Source: an uncultured Gemmatimonadales bacterium
GTDB lineage: Bacteria; Gemmatimonadota; Gemmatimonadetes; Gemmatimonadales; GWC2-71-9
Assembly (NCBI GenBank): GCA_963728915.1
Contig: CAVSLV010000004.1
Span: 384,001 to 448,000, forward strand
Reading direction: 5' to 3'
DNA: 64,000 bases
The notes under the pieces were generated by a model. It saw nothing but the letters and a program-made list of their open reading frames with translations. It searched no databases and was not told the DNA's origin. Each line of letters begins with the position of its first letter. The stretch's first letter is position 1. The translations under genes were made by a program, and so were the position numbers. This document shows, piece after piece, positions 21,790 to 31,244 of the stretch.

Positions 21790-22626
21790 CTATTTCCACT
21801 CCACCCGCACTCCGCCGACCGCGGAGCGCACTTCGATGTCCACCTTGCGGGCGGCCTGGTCGAATCCCTCCGAAGTCCAGGTCTTTCCGTCCCGGACGAA
21901 CCGGTCACCCTCGAATTTCGCGACCAGGCCTTCCATCTGAACCCGGATCCCCATGTCGTGGGGAGCTTCGAACACCACGCCGCCCACCGCGAGGGCGAGG
22001 TTCATGCGGGGATCTCCCCGCCACTCCCCCGCGAGTCCGATCCGGATCGCGCCGACGCCGCCTTCGAACCGCCAGGCCGGGCACCCGCTGTTCCCGGCCT
22101 GCTCGATGATCAGCTCACCCGCCCCCGCCTGGAACTCGGCGCTGCCGCAGGTCTCCGGGTTAGGAGCGCCGAACCGGACCCTCGTGCGGCCCGCGCCGCT
22201 CGCGACCCGGAGCGCCTGAAGCCGCAGGCCTCCAAGGTCGAGGTCGGCCTCTCCCGCGCCGAGCGTCATGCGGAGGTCCAGCGCCGCCTCCGGCGTGAAC
22301 CCGATGTCGGCGGTCTGGGGAAGGACGCGACGCCGTCCGATCCGAAATCCACCCCGTCGAATCATCTCGGCGCCGAGCCTGACCCCATCGTCCGGGCCAT
22401 ACTCGCCGAGGGGGCGGAACCGGGTCGGGTCATAGCGCAGGTTCATCTCGAAGAGTCCGCCCCCGGTCGAAGGCCCGACGTGGACCCGGCCCGCGGCGTA
22501 CTCGATCGTGGCGCGGAGGCGCCCTTCCCCGGAGTATCCGCGGGCATAGGAGTAGTCCTGAAGCACCGGCGCCGGTCCGCAGCTCGCGGCGAGGAGCAGG
22601 AGGGCGACCCAGGAGCGGCGGATCAC
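21790..22626 (-). CDS. Putative lipoprotein with repeated beta-strand (LiaF/toast-rack-like) segments
   Basis: LLLAASC lipobox; repeated GAGE/GAGR/GVGA/AVGG motifs. Confidence 0.6.
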   Translation of the reverse strand: MIRRSWVALLLLAASCGPAPVLQDYSYARGYSGEGRLRATIEYAAGRVHVGPSTGGGLFEMNLRYDPTRFRPLGEYGPDDGVRLGAEMIRRGGFRIGRRRVLPQTADIGFTPEAALDLRMTLGAGEADLDLGGLRLQALRVASGAGRTRVRFGAPNPETCGSAEFQAGAGELIIEQAGNSGCPAWRFEGGVGAIRIGLAGEWRGDPRMNLALAVGGVVFEAPHDMGIRVQMEGLVAKFEGDRFVRDGKTWTSEGFDQAARKVDIEVRSAVGGVRVEWK

Positions 22627-23702
22627 GGGCGGGGCCGTTTCGCCGCGGTTACCCCGTAGCGCGGGGTGGCCCACAGGTATTCATCGGTCATTGCCTCGGG
22701 GGGCAGGAAGCGACCCGCCGCTTCGCCCCGGAGGCCGGCCCGGGAAAGCAGAAATGCCCCTAACCCGGAAGTCGCCGCGACCCAGGTGGGAAGCAGCGCC
22801 ACCAGGAACACCAGCGTGCCGGCCACCGGGATCCCGCCGAACCCGACCCAGGCGGCCCAGAGGACGCTCAGGAACCCGGCGCCGCTCAGCAGATAGCGAT
22901 AGCTGTTGGGCCCCACCGCCACCCCTTCCGCCATCCGGCGCCGGGTGCGGATTTCCCCCATCGCATGCAGGGCGGAAACCAGTCCCGCGAGGACCGCGGT
23001 CAGCAGGAGGAGGGGGACCACCAGAGCGACGAACGGCAGCAGCAGGATGCCGACGATACTCAATATCAGTCCGGCGATGATCAGCGCCGCCGTGGGCAGC
23101 GCGATGATCTGGGCCAGCACCCCGACCAGGAACGAGCGATAGAAGCTCCGCGCCACGGTATCCGAGATGACCTCGAGCCGCGGTTTGGCGAAGCTGACCA
23201 TGCCGAAACCGGCGAGCACCAGCGCCCCAAGCACTCCGATGACCCCTCCCGCCCGGGTGAAGAGTCCCGAGGATTCGACGGCTCCGGTTTCGTTCAGCCG
23301 GGCCGGTGCCGCGCGCAGCTCGCCCTGAACTTTTCCGCCCTGATCGACCGCACGACCGCCGATCACCAGCGCATCGCCGGTGACCAGGGCGCCGGGATGG
23401 AGCAGCAAGTCACCATCGAGCACCACGAGATTCCCGGTGACCTGGCCGGCCAGGTCGGCATCACCGCCGACCACAAGCAGGGGACCGTCGATCCGTTGCC
23501 CGGCCGCAATGCGGAGCCCACCCGAGTGCACCTGGCCCCCTCGCACGGTCAGCGTGCTCCCCTTCGGATCGGATCCGAGCGCGTCCCGAAGCTCACGCTC
23601 CAGCCTGGCCGGGTCGTTGAGCCGATCGAGCGAGATGACCTGGGTGACGACGTGAGCTGGCGGAGCAAGCAGGGCGGCGGCAGCGAGGAGGAACGGGGTC
23701 AC
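22623..23702 (-). CDS. Membrane protein with N-terminal beta-helix (bactofilin/polymer-forming-like) repeats
   Basis: G.V.G(N/D)L.V..G repeats followed by several TM helices. Confidence 0.65.
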   Translation of the reverse strand: MTPFLLAAAALLAPPAHVVTQVISLDRLNDPARLERELRDALGSDPKGSTLTVRGGQVHSGGLRIAAGQRIDGPLLVVGGDADLAGQVTGNLVVLDGDLLLHPGALVTGDALVIGGRAVDQGGKVQGELRAAPARLNETGAVESSGLFTRAGGVIGVLGALVLAGFGMVSFAKPRLEVISDTVARSFYRSFLVGVLAQIIALPTAALIIAGLILSIVGILLLPFVALVVPLLLLTAVLAGLVSALHAMGEIRTRRRMAEGVAVGPNSYRYLLSGAGFLSVLWAAWVGFGGIPVAGTLVFLVALLPTWVAATSGLGAFLLSRAGLRGEAAGRFLPPEAMTDEYLWATPRYGVTAAKRPRP

Positions 23703-23712
23703 TGAAGAACGA

Positions 23713-24276
23713 TCACCACTTCGGGTTGGCCGCCGGGACGGGATGCATCAGAAGTCGGCGGAGGGCTACCATCGATGCGGCATAGCCGATCACCAGAACG
23801 GATACCACCAGGGCAATCCGCCCACTCGACCCGCCGATCTTCCGGAGCGATTCGAGCCAGGGCTGTTCCGACAGGTTCTGGGCCATCGTGGCGAAGCCTT
23901 CCCACACCAGCTCGCGCAGCGCGGCCGCACCACGATCGACCCACGAAGCGAGAAGCGCCCGATTGAACAGGGACCAGACGACGCTCGCGCCCAGCGTGAG
24001 GATGAGTGAAGCCGCCAGAGCCAAGGGACGGCGAGGCCGGGATGGAGCTGCTACGGCTACCGGTCGCGTCACCTGGGCAAGCACCCGGTCCGCCAGATCG
24101 GCTCGGGGCGAGAAGGGAGCAAGTGTTTCCAGCATTCGGACGACCGCTCGGTCCTTCTCGACCAGGGCACGGCACTCGCCGCATTCGTGAAGGTGCTGGA
24201 GTGCTTCGGAGGACAACGACGCAGAATGAAACGCGTCGAGATCGTCGGCAGTGAAGTGCTGAGTGGGCCAGGTCAT
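23713..24276 (-). CDS. Zinc-binding transmembrane anti-sigma factor (ZAS/zf-HC2)
   Basis: HLHECGEC (HxxxCxxC) motif, TM helices, directly downstream of ECF sigma. Confidence 0.82.
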   Translation of the reverse strand: MTWPTQHFTADDLDAFHSASLSSEALQHLHECGECRALVEKDRAVVRMLETLAPFSPRADLADRVLAQVTRPVAVAAPSRPRRPLALAASLILTLGASVVWSLFNRALLASWVDRGAAALRELVWEGFATMAQNLSEQPWLESLRKIGGSSGRIALVVSVLVIGYAASMVALRRLLMHPVPAANPKW

Positions 24277-24285
24277 GGAAGCTTC

Positions 24286-24312
24286 TACGGCGCCCTTTCC
24301 ATTTGGGTTTCC
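24286..24312 (-). promoter_or_regulatory. Candidate ECF-type promoter GGAAAC-N17-CGTA
   Basis: Minus strand reads GGAAAC ccaaatggaaagggcgc CGTA, 9 nt before the anti-sigma ATG; resembles SigW-type TGAAAC...CGTA. Confidence 0.4.
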
Positions 24313-24339
24313 GACGTACAAACCTGAAACGTCGTTTTC

Positions 24340-24933
24340 TTACTCGCTCTTCAGATGGTCCAGCATCGCCCGCAGCTCGTGTCTCGCGCGATGGATATAG
24401 GTCTTCACGGTGCCGAGCGGAAGGTCCAGGATTTCGGCGATCTCTTCATAGGATCGGTCCTCCACATGGCGGAGGAGAATACAGCTCCGATACTCGGGAC
24501 GGAGTTTGGCGATGGCGCGCTCGATCTCGCCGCCGAGCTCTCGATTCGCGACTTCATCGAGGGCGCTCTCACCGCCCGCGCCAAGCTCGAGGGAGGTGGC
24601 CTCGATGGCGTCGGGCGTCGTCGCATGGGGGGAGCCTTCCAGGGAGAGCGTGTCGAGCTCCCGCCGGCGGAGCTGATCGATCGCGACGTTGTTGGCGATC
24701 TTGAACACCCACGAGCTGAACTTGAACTCGGGGCGATAGGTGCCCAGGGCGTTGAGGACCTTCACGAAGGTGTCCTGGGACAGGTCCTCGGCGAGCTCGC
24801 GATTCCGGACCATCCGGTAGATCAGGGAGAAGACCGGACGCTGGTAGCGGCGAACCAGCTCACGGTAGGCGGCTTCCTCGCCCTCGCGGGCGCGGAGCAC
24901 AACCTCCTGATCGATGAGCCCCGTGAGATCCAT
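24340..24933 (-). CDS. ECF RNA polymerase sigma factor (SigW/RpoE-like)
   Basis: AEDLSQDTFVK, FSSWVFKIANN and SYEEIAEILDLPLGTVKTYIHRAR motifs. Confidence 0.93.
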   Translation of the reverse strand: MDLTGLIDQEVVLRAREGEEAAYRELVRRYQRPVFSLIYRMVRNRELAEDLSQDTFVKVLNALGTYRPEFKFSSWVFKIANNVAIDQLRRRELDTLSLEGSPHATTPDAIEATSLELGAGGESALDEVANRELGGEIERAIAKLRPEYRSCILLRHVEDRSYEEIAEILDLPLGTVKTYIHRARHELRAMLDHLKSE

Positions 24934-25011
24934 CAGCGGGGGAGCATTCCGGTCAGTCTCCCACATGTCCCCGATTGCCCTGACCAGCAGGAATGGATAC
25001 ATTCGGCGGCT

Positions 25012-25740
25012 ATGTTCGCCACCGACAGGGAGTTACCGATCACCGGCGGGGCTCCCAAACGGGCTTACGTGCAGGGCATGTTCGAGGCGATCGCTCCGCG
25101 CTATGACTTCCTCAACCACCTGCTCAGCGCCAACCTGGACCGAGGCTGGCGCCGCCGGGCGGTGAATTGCCTTGGATGGGAGGACCGGCCGGCGGGTCTC
25201 TACCTCGATCTCTGTACCGGCACGATGGACCTCGCGGCCGAGCTGGGCAATCGATCCGGTTTTGCCGGGACGGTGATCGCCGCCGATTTCGTGCAGTCCA
25301 TGCTCCTCCTTGGCCGGGGCAAGTCGGCCCGGACGGTTCCCACCAACGCCGACGCCCTGACGCTGCCGTTCGCGGATGCGACCTTCGACGGCGCCACGGT
25401 GGGATTCGGCGTGCGCAATCTGACGGATCTGGATGCCGGCCTCCGGGAAGCGGCGCGGGTACTCAAGCCCGGTGCGCGTCTGGTGGTGCTGGAATTCACG
25501 ACCCCGCGGCGTAACCCGCTCCGCGGGCTCTACGCGTTCTACTTCCGGCATCTCCTCCCACGGATCGGCCGCATGATCTCGAAACATAGGGATGCCTACG
25601 AATGGCTGCCAGCATCGGTGACCGCCTTTCCCGGCCCTGAGGAGCTGGCGGAGCGATTCCGGAGCGCCGGCTTCGATACGGTGAGCTGGCGTGGGTTGCT
25701 CGGGGGCATCTGCGCGATCCATGTAGGGGCCAGGGGCTAG
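25012..25740 (+). CDS. menG: Demethylmenaquinone methyltransferase (UbiE/MenG)
   Basis: MFEAIAPRYDFLNHLLS, LDLCTGTMD, FGVRN and RVLKPG motifs. Confidence 0.9.
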   Translation: MFATDRELPITGGAPKRAYVQGMFEAIAPRYDFLNHLLSANLDRGWRRRAVNCLGWEDRPAGLYLDLCTGTMDLAAELGNRSGFAGTVIAADFVQSMLLLGRGKSARTVPTNADALTLPFADATFDGATVGFGVRNLTDLDAGLREAARVLKPGARLVVLEFTTPRRNPLRGLYAFYFRHLLPRIGRMISKHRDAYEWLPASVTAFPGPEELAERFRSAGFDTVSWRGLLGGICAIHVGARG

Positions 25741-25769
25741 GGGTCAGGGACCAGGGAAGAGGAATCGAC

Positions 25770-27263
25770 ATGGCGCTCGACAGCCTCCGGGAATTCATTG
25801 CCGCGATCGAGAACGCGGGCGAGCTCGTGCGCATCCGCGAGCCGGTCGCGACCAGGCTCGAGATCGCCGAGATCGCCGATCGTTGCATGAAGAGCGATCG
25901 GGGTGGGCCGGCATTGGTGTTCGAGCAGCCGGTGCTCGAAAACGGCCGGGTCAGCTCGATGCCCGTGGCGATCAACCTGTTCGGCTCGATGCGCCGGATC
26001 TGTCTCGCCCTCGGTACCGAGCGGCTCGACGACATCGGCGGTCGGATCGCGGAGCTGGTCGAGATGAAGGTGCCCGAGGGGATCATGGGCAAACTCGCGA
26101 TGCTGCCGAAGCTCGCCGAGCTGGCCAAGTTCCCGCCCAGGACGAAGGGGGGGCGTCCGGCGTGCCAGGACATCGTCTGGCAGGGTGACCAGGTCGATCT
26201 CGGCAGCATCCCGTTTCTGGTCACCTGGCCCGAAGACGGCGGCCGCTACATCACCCTCCCTCTGGTGATCACCGAGGATCCGGTGCGGGGAACCCGGAAC
26301 GTCGGGATGTACCGGATCCAGGTGCTGGGCCGCAATGAGCTGGCGATGCACTGGCAGCGTCACAAGGTCGGTGCGGCGCACTGGCGGGAGATGGCGGAGC
26401 GCAAGGAACGAATGCCGTTGGTGATCGCGCTGGGCGGCGACCCGGCGAGCATCTATTCCGGCTCGGCCCCCCTGCCGCCGACCATCGACGAGTTTCTCTT
26501 CGCCGGGTTCTTGCGGAGGAGCCCGGTGGAGCTCGCCCGGGCGGTCAGCTGCGACCTCGCGGTGCCGGCCGAGGCCGAGCTGGTGATCGAGGGGTACATC
26601 GATCCCGCCGAGCCGCTCGTGCTGGAGGGACCGTTCGGCGACCACACCGGGTTCTACTCCCTGGCGGACTACTACCCGAAGGTGCATGTCACCGCGGTTA
26701 CCATGCGGCGGGAGCCCATCTATCCGGCGACCCTGGTGGGGCGGCCCCCGATGGAGGACTACTATCTGGGGCACGCGACCGAGCGAATCTTCCTCCCCCT
26801 GCTCCGGCTCACCGTCCCCGAAATCGTGGACTACCACATGCCGGCCCCGGGAATCTTTCACAATCTCGTATTCGTCTCGATCGACAAGCAGTATCCGGGA
26901 CAGGCCTACAAGGTGATGAACGCCCTGTGGGGCCAGGGGCTGATGTCGCTGGCCAAGGTGATCGTGATCGTGGACCGGGACGTCAACGTCCAGGATCCCG
27001 ACGAGGCCTGGTGGGTCGCCCTCAACAACATCGACCCCGAGCGCGACGTGCGGTTCACCATGGGGCCCATCGATGTGCTCGATCACTCCAGCCGCGGTTT
27101 CACCTACGGCAGCAAGATGGGGATCGACGCGACCCGGAAATGGCCCGAGGAGGGATTCACCCGGGAGTGGCCCAGGCGGATCGAGATGGATGAGGCGACC
27201 CGGCGCCGGGTGGACGCGCTGTGGTCGAAGCTGGGGATCGAGCTGCGAGGGGATTCGAGGTGA
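25770..27263 (+). CDS. UbiD family (menaquinone biosynthesis) decarboxylase
   Basis: NVGMYR and EGPFGDHTGFY motifs; context with UbiA and UbiX. Confidence 0.93.
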   Translation: MALDSLREFIAAIENAGELVRIREPVATRLEIAEIADRCMKSDRGGPALVFEQPVLENGRVSSMPVAINLFGSMRRICLALGTERLDDIGGRIAELVEMKVPEGIMGKLAMLPKLAELAKFPPRTKGGRPACQDIVWQGDQVDLGSIPFLVTWPEDGGRYITLPLVITEDPVRGTRNVGMYRIQVLGRNELAMHWQRHKVGAAHWREMAERKERMPLVIALGGDPASIYSGSAPLPPTIDEFLFAGFLRRSPVELARAVSCDLAVPAEAELVIEGYIDPAEPLVLEGPFGDHTGFYSLADYYPKVHVTAVTMRREPIYPATLVGRPPMEDYYLGHATERIFLPLLRLTVPEIVDYHMPAPGIFHNLVFVSIDKQYPGQAYKVMNALWGQGLMSLAKVIVIVDRDVNVQDPDEAWWVALNNIDPERDVRFTMGPIDVLDHSSRGFTYGSKMGIDATRKWPEEGFTREWPRRIEMDEATRRRVDALWSKLGIELRGDSR

Positions 27264-28177
27264 GTCCCCCTCCCGACCTGCCTCACACCTCGCGCGAGGG
27301 CCAGACGTTCTCCGGCGCCAGCCTGCTGGCCCGGTACGCGAGCTTCGTCAAACTCCCCCACACCCTGTTCGCCCTGCCGTTCGCGCTGCTCGGGGTGCTC
27401 GCCGCCTCCCAGCAGTACCCGGTGACCGTCCGGATCGTGGCGCTGGTCATCGTCGCGTTTTCCGCGGCGCGCTGGGTCGCGATGGGATTCAACCGGATCG
27501 CGGACCGGGAGCTCGACGCCCGTAACCCGCGGACCCGGAATCGGGAGCTGCCCCGGGGCGCCCTGAGCCTGGGCCAGGCCTGGGGTTCGGTGGTCCTGGC
27601 GGGGGCGCTCTTCCTGGCGGCCTGCGCCGGGCTCAACCCGCTGTGCCTGGCGCTCTCGCCGCTCGCGCTGGGGTGGATCGTGAGCTACAGCTTCACCAAA
27701 CGGTTCACCTGGTGGCCCCACCTCTGGCTGGGGCTCTCGCTCGCGATCGCGCCCGCGGGAGGCTATCTCGCCGTGAGCGGGCGGTGGAGCGATCCCTGGT
27801 GGCTCCTGCCGGTCATCGGGTTAGGGGTCGCCACCTGGGTCGCCGGGTTCGACATCTTCTACGCGTTGCCCGACGAGCAATTCGACCGCTCGGAAGGACT
27901 CCGCAGCGCGGTGGTTCGATTGGGGATCCCGCGGAGCATCGTCCTGGCCAAGCTGCTTCATGGCCTCACCATTCCCGCCCTGGCCCTGTTCGGCTGGGCG
28001 GCGGGGTTCGGGGCGTGGTACTACGCCGGACTGGCGGTCGCGGCGGGAATCCTGGTGTACGAACACCAGCTGGTCCGCCCCGGCGACCTGTCCCGTCTCG
28101 ACGCGGCGTTCTTCACCATGAACGGCATCATGAGCGTGACGGTCTTCGGGTTCGGCCTGGTGGACCGGCTCCTCTAG
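27260..28177 (+). CDS. UbiA family prenyltransferase (MqnP-like)
   Basis: VKLPHTLFALPFA, NRIADRELDARNPRT and YSFTKRF motifs. Confidence 0.92.
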   Translation: MSPPPDLPHTSREGQTFSGASLLARYASFVKLPHTLFALPFALLGVLAASQQYPVTVRIVALVIVAFSAARWVAMGFNRIADRELDARNPRTRNRELPRGALSLGQAWGSVVLAGALFLAACAGLNPLCLALSPLALGWIVSYSFTKRFTWWPHLWLGLSLAIAPAGGYLAVSGRWSDPWWLLPVIGLGVATWVAGFDIFYALPDEQFDRSEGLRSAVVRLGIPRSIVLAKLLHGLTIPALALFGWAAGFGAWYYAGLAVAAGILVYEHQLVRPGDLSRLDAAFFTMNGIMSVTVFGFGLVDRLL

Positions 28178-28197
28178 ACGGCGCGCCGCCGAGCCGG

Positions 28198-28662
28198 TCA
28201 GGGAAGGGTGTAGTCGAGGCTGTAGGAGTGCTTGCCGCTCTCGATGATGATGTGGAGGGTGCCCGCGATGCCGGCCAGCGCTCCGGTGCCGGAGTCGGGA
28301 ATGATCGTCACGCTGAGATCGGGTGTCCCCCGCGTCATCACCCCCCGGTGCAGCAGCAGGAACGAGCCCCGTTTCCCCCGGAGGGCGCCCTCGACCCGCT
28401 CGACCGCGACATAACCCGCCGACTCCTTGACCGCGGTCATGCCGGTGAGCATTTCCCCTTTCCCGGTCCCTTCGAGGTCCCCGTGGTACACCTTGTCGAT
28501 CGACATCCGGCCGAGCGGCGAGCCGGTGGAGTGGTCGTAGGCCTCCATCGGGGCAAGCTTGACCTCGAACGTTCCCTTGGCGGGCATGGGGCTGGTTTCC
28601 TGGGCGTGAAGGCTGGTGGCGAGCAGCAGACTCAGTGCCGACCAGCGCATGGGGGCCTTCAA
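28198..28662 (-). CDS. DUF3224 family protein with signal peptide
   Basis: AKGTFEVK, GDLEGT, AGYVAVE and PDSGTG motifs. Confidence 0.82.
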   Translation of the reverse strand: MKAPMRWSALSLLLATSLHAQETSPMPAKGTFEVKLAPMEAYDHSTGSPLGRMSIDKVYHGDLEGTGKGEMLTGMTAVKESAGYVAVERVEGALRGKRGSFLLLHRGVMTRGTPDLSVTIIPDSGTGALAGIAGTLHIIIESGKHSYSLDYTLP

Positions 28663-29030
28663 ACCGCGGTGGAGTGGGACGGTTGATAGAGACCGAGGTG
28701 GACCCCGCTGGGCAGCGGGAAGGCGGTGAATCGCCCCCAGTCGGCCTTGCCGACTCTGCCGAACGACACCCCTTTGGCCTTGAGCTCTTCCATGGTGCGG
28801 TCCAGGTCATCGCACATCAGATAGAATACCGCCGCGGCCATCGGAATCGGGCCGTGGTTCATGCTGAGCGACTCCGCTTCCGGGTGCACCGCCAGCTCGG
28901 TGGGCGGCGCCCTGAGAATGAGCCATCCGTCGCCCGCGTCCACACCCGAGAACCCCAGGACGTCGCGCAGGAAGGAGCGGTCGGCATCGGCGGCCGTCGT
29001 ATACAGCAGGAAATGCGCGCCTGTGATCAT
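28659..29030 (-). CDS. VOC/glyoxalase family protein
   Basis: ITGAHFLLY, DAGDGWLI, YLMCDD and GLYQP motifs; GGAGGG RBS. Confidence 0.85.
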   Translation of the reverse strand: MITGAHFLLYTTAADADRSFLRDVLGFSGVDAGDGWLILRAPPTELAVHPEAESLSMNHGPIPMAAAVFYLMCDDLDRTMEELKAKGVSFGRVGKADWGRFTAFPLPSGVHLGLYQPSHSTAV

Positions 29031-29230
29031 GGTCCCCTCCCAGCGGAGCACCATTTTGGCCTCAGGGTGCGATTCGCGCAACTGCGGTACTTTTTGGGCA
29101 TGACCCGGCCACCCGCGCGACCGTCTCGACCTGGCAAACCTGAGCCACGCCTTCCGGCCCGTCCCAAACCAGCGCCGAGAGGATCCCCTCGGCACCCGGT
29201 CCGTTCTCCCACGCCCAATCGCCGCGGCCG

Positions 29231-29815
29231 GTGAGCCCCCTTCCGATCGTCCTCGCGATCACCGGCGCCTCGGGTGCGCCGTACGGTGTCCGCCTTCTCC
29301 AGGTGCTGGCCGGGAACCGGATCCCCACCTGGCTCATGGTCTCGAGCCATGGGTGGCGCCTGCTCGCCGAGGAAAGCGGCATCGCCGATCTCGATGGTCT
29401 TCGTGCCGCGGCCGGACCCGACTGGTCCACGGTGACTCCCTTCGATGATCGTGACCGCGGCGCCAAGCCCGCGAGTGGCTCCCAGCTCACCGCCGGCATG
29501 GTGGTCTGTCCCTGCTCGATGGGCACCGTCTCCGCGATCGCCCAGGGCTCGAGCCGCTCGCTCATCGAGCGCGCGGCCGATGTCACCCTCAAGGAGCGAC
29601 GCAAGCTGATTCTGGTTCCCCGCGAGACCCCGCTCTCCCTGGTCCATCTTCGGAATCTGGTGCAGGTGACCGAAGCCGGCGCCACGATCATTCCCGCCGC
29701 ACCCGGGTTCTATCACAAGCCCACCCGGGTGGAGGAGCTGGTCGACTTCATCGTCCAGCGCATCCTCGATCAGCTTGGCCTTGCCATCGAGCTGGGCCGG
29801 CGCTGGAACGGCTGA
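29231..29815 (+). CDS. ubiX: Flavin prenyltransferase UbiX
   Basis: ITGASGA, ASGS, PCSMGT, RAADVTLKE and PRETP motifs. Confidence 0.95.
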   Translation: MSPLPIVLAITGASGAPYGVRLLQVLAGNRIPTWLMVSSHGWRLLAEESGIADLDGLRAAAGPDWSTVTPFDDRDRGAKPASGSQLTAGMVVCPCSMGTVSAIAQGSSRSLIERAADVTLKERRKLILVPRETPLSLVHLRNLVQVTEAGATIIPAAPGFYHKPTRVEELVDFIVQRILDQLGLAIELGRRWNG

Positions 29816-30294
29816 TGCGCCTGGGCATCATCTCCGACACCCACAATCTGCTGCGGCCCGAGGTCTTCGAGCTCTTCGAGGGCGTCGACCGGATTCTTCA
29901 CGCGGGGGATATCGGCGAACCCGGCATTCTTCAGGAGCTCGAGACCATCGCTCCGGTCACCGCGGTCTGGGGAAACACCGATGATGCTGCGATGCGGGCC
30001 CGGGTGCCCGAGGTGGTGGAGGAGTCCATCGAGGGGTTCGCGTTTCTGCTGGTGCATGGCCATCAGCTCGGTTCGCCGACTCCCGAGGCGCTCAACCAGG
30101 CCTGGCCCAGCGCCGAGGTGATCGTGTTCGGCCACACCCACCGCCCGCTGCTGACGGTGGTGGATCAGGTGGTGACGGTGATGAATCCGGGAGGTGCGGG
30201 GCCGTTTCGCTTCGGATTGCCGGCTTCGGTGGGCATCATGGAGCTGGAGGCGGGAATTCCACCGAGGGCGAGACTGGTGGCGTTGGAGGTCTGA
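29815..30294 (+). CDS. YfcE-like metallophosphoesterase
   Basis: SDTH, HAGD, GNTD, HGH, FGHTH and NPG motifs. Confidence 0.9.
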   Translation: MRLGIISDTHNLLRPEVFELFEGVDRILHAGDIGEPGILQELETIAPVTAVWGNTDDAAMRARVPEVVEESIEGFAFLLVHGHQLGSPTPEALNQAWPSAEVIVFGHTHRPLLTVVDQVVTVMNPGGAGPFRFGLPASVGIMELEAGIPPRARLVALEV

Positions 30295-30334
30295 GGTCCC
30301 CTTTACGCGCCCCCCTCACACCTCACACCTCAGA
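30286..30334. repeat. Short GAGGT arm plus CCTCACA x3 array between convergent genes
   Basis: gaggtctgaggt ... cctcaca cctcaca cctcaga. Confidence 0.6.
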
Positions 30335-30335
30335 G

Positions 30336-31076
30336 CTATTCCGTCTCCACCTCGAAAATCCCCCTCGTCGCGCTGGGCCCCACCGGAACCTGAGGCCGCA
30401 GCTCGACGATGGCGTCGGCGGCGTCCTTCCGGTACACGATCACCCGTCGAGCCGCCCTGCGGGCGAGCCGGGTCCAGTAGAATCGCGCCAGGCCCCAGAG
30501 GACGACCGCGGCGGCGACGCCGAGGCCGACCACCCAGAGCGGAGACGCGCCGCTCATGTTCACCCCGGCGGCGACCAGCACCACGATCAGGACCACCCCG
30601 AGTCCCGCCGCGGCGAACGGGCCCAGCTTCCAGTAGTCGAAATCGCCGAAGACCCGGACCATGGTCTCCTCGCTGCGCGGGACCACGGTGATCACCATCT
30701 CGCTGGTGTCCCGGCGGTCGCGCCACTCCAGGCTCCCCGACAGCTCGCTCGCATGTCCTTCCCGACCGGTGAACCTCCGGATCTGCGCGACCAGGTCGGC
30801 AAAGCCCTCCGGCGACAAGGGATGCCCCACCACGGCGGAGGTGCTGAACGAGGAGCTTCGTCCGAAGAGGAACCGCAGGAGCCGGCGTCGGCGGGGAATC
30901 TGGGGGACCACGCTGGCGGCGCGCTCGACCAGCTGGGGCGGGATCCCCAGCTGCTGGGCCACCAGCTGAATGTCTTCGAGGGAATGTCTCGGCTCGTCGG
31001 CTTCCTCGCCCCAGCGAAGCGCCGCCGCCTGGCGAAGGATCTGAGCCATTTCCTGATCGGTGTACAGGGTCGCCAT
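30336..31076 (-). CDS. Hypothetical membrane protein
   Basis: 3' part of the 30336..33158 ORF; YTDQEMAQILRQAA N-terminus and two C-terminal TM helices. Confidence 0.7.
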   Translation of the reverse strand: MATLYTDQEMAQILRQAAALRWGEEADEPRHSLEDIQLVAQQLGIPPQLVERAASVVPQIPRRRRLLRFLFGRSSSFSTSAVVGHPLSPEGFADLVAQIRRFTGREGHASELSGSLEWRDRRDTSEMVITVVPRSEETMVRVFGDFDYWKLGPFAAAGLGVVLIVVLVAAGVNMSGASPLWVVGLGVAAAVVLWGLARFYWTRLARRAARRVIVYRKDAADAIVELRPQVPVGPSATRGIFEVETE

Positions 31077-31244
31077 AAGGAGAAACCTAATAGAGTCCGG
31101 GGTCGGGAGTCGGGCCCCCGGAGTCCTCCGGACTTCTGATTCTGGGCTTGTGAGTCCGGATGCCCTAACGCCGACCGCCATCTGGACGTATTCGATTGTT
31201 GGCTGCAAGCTTAAGCGCTGGCCGATCCCCCCTTTGGAGGCTCC

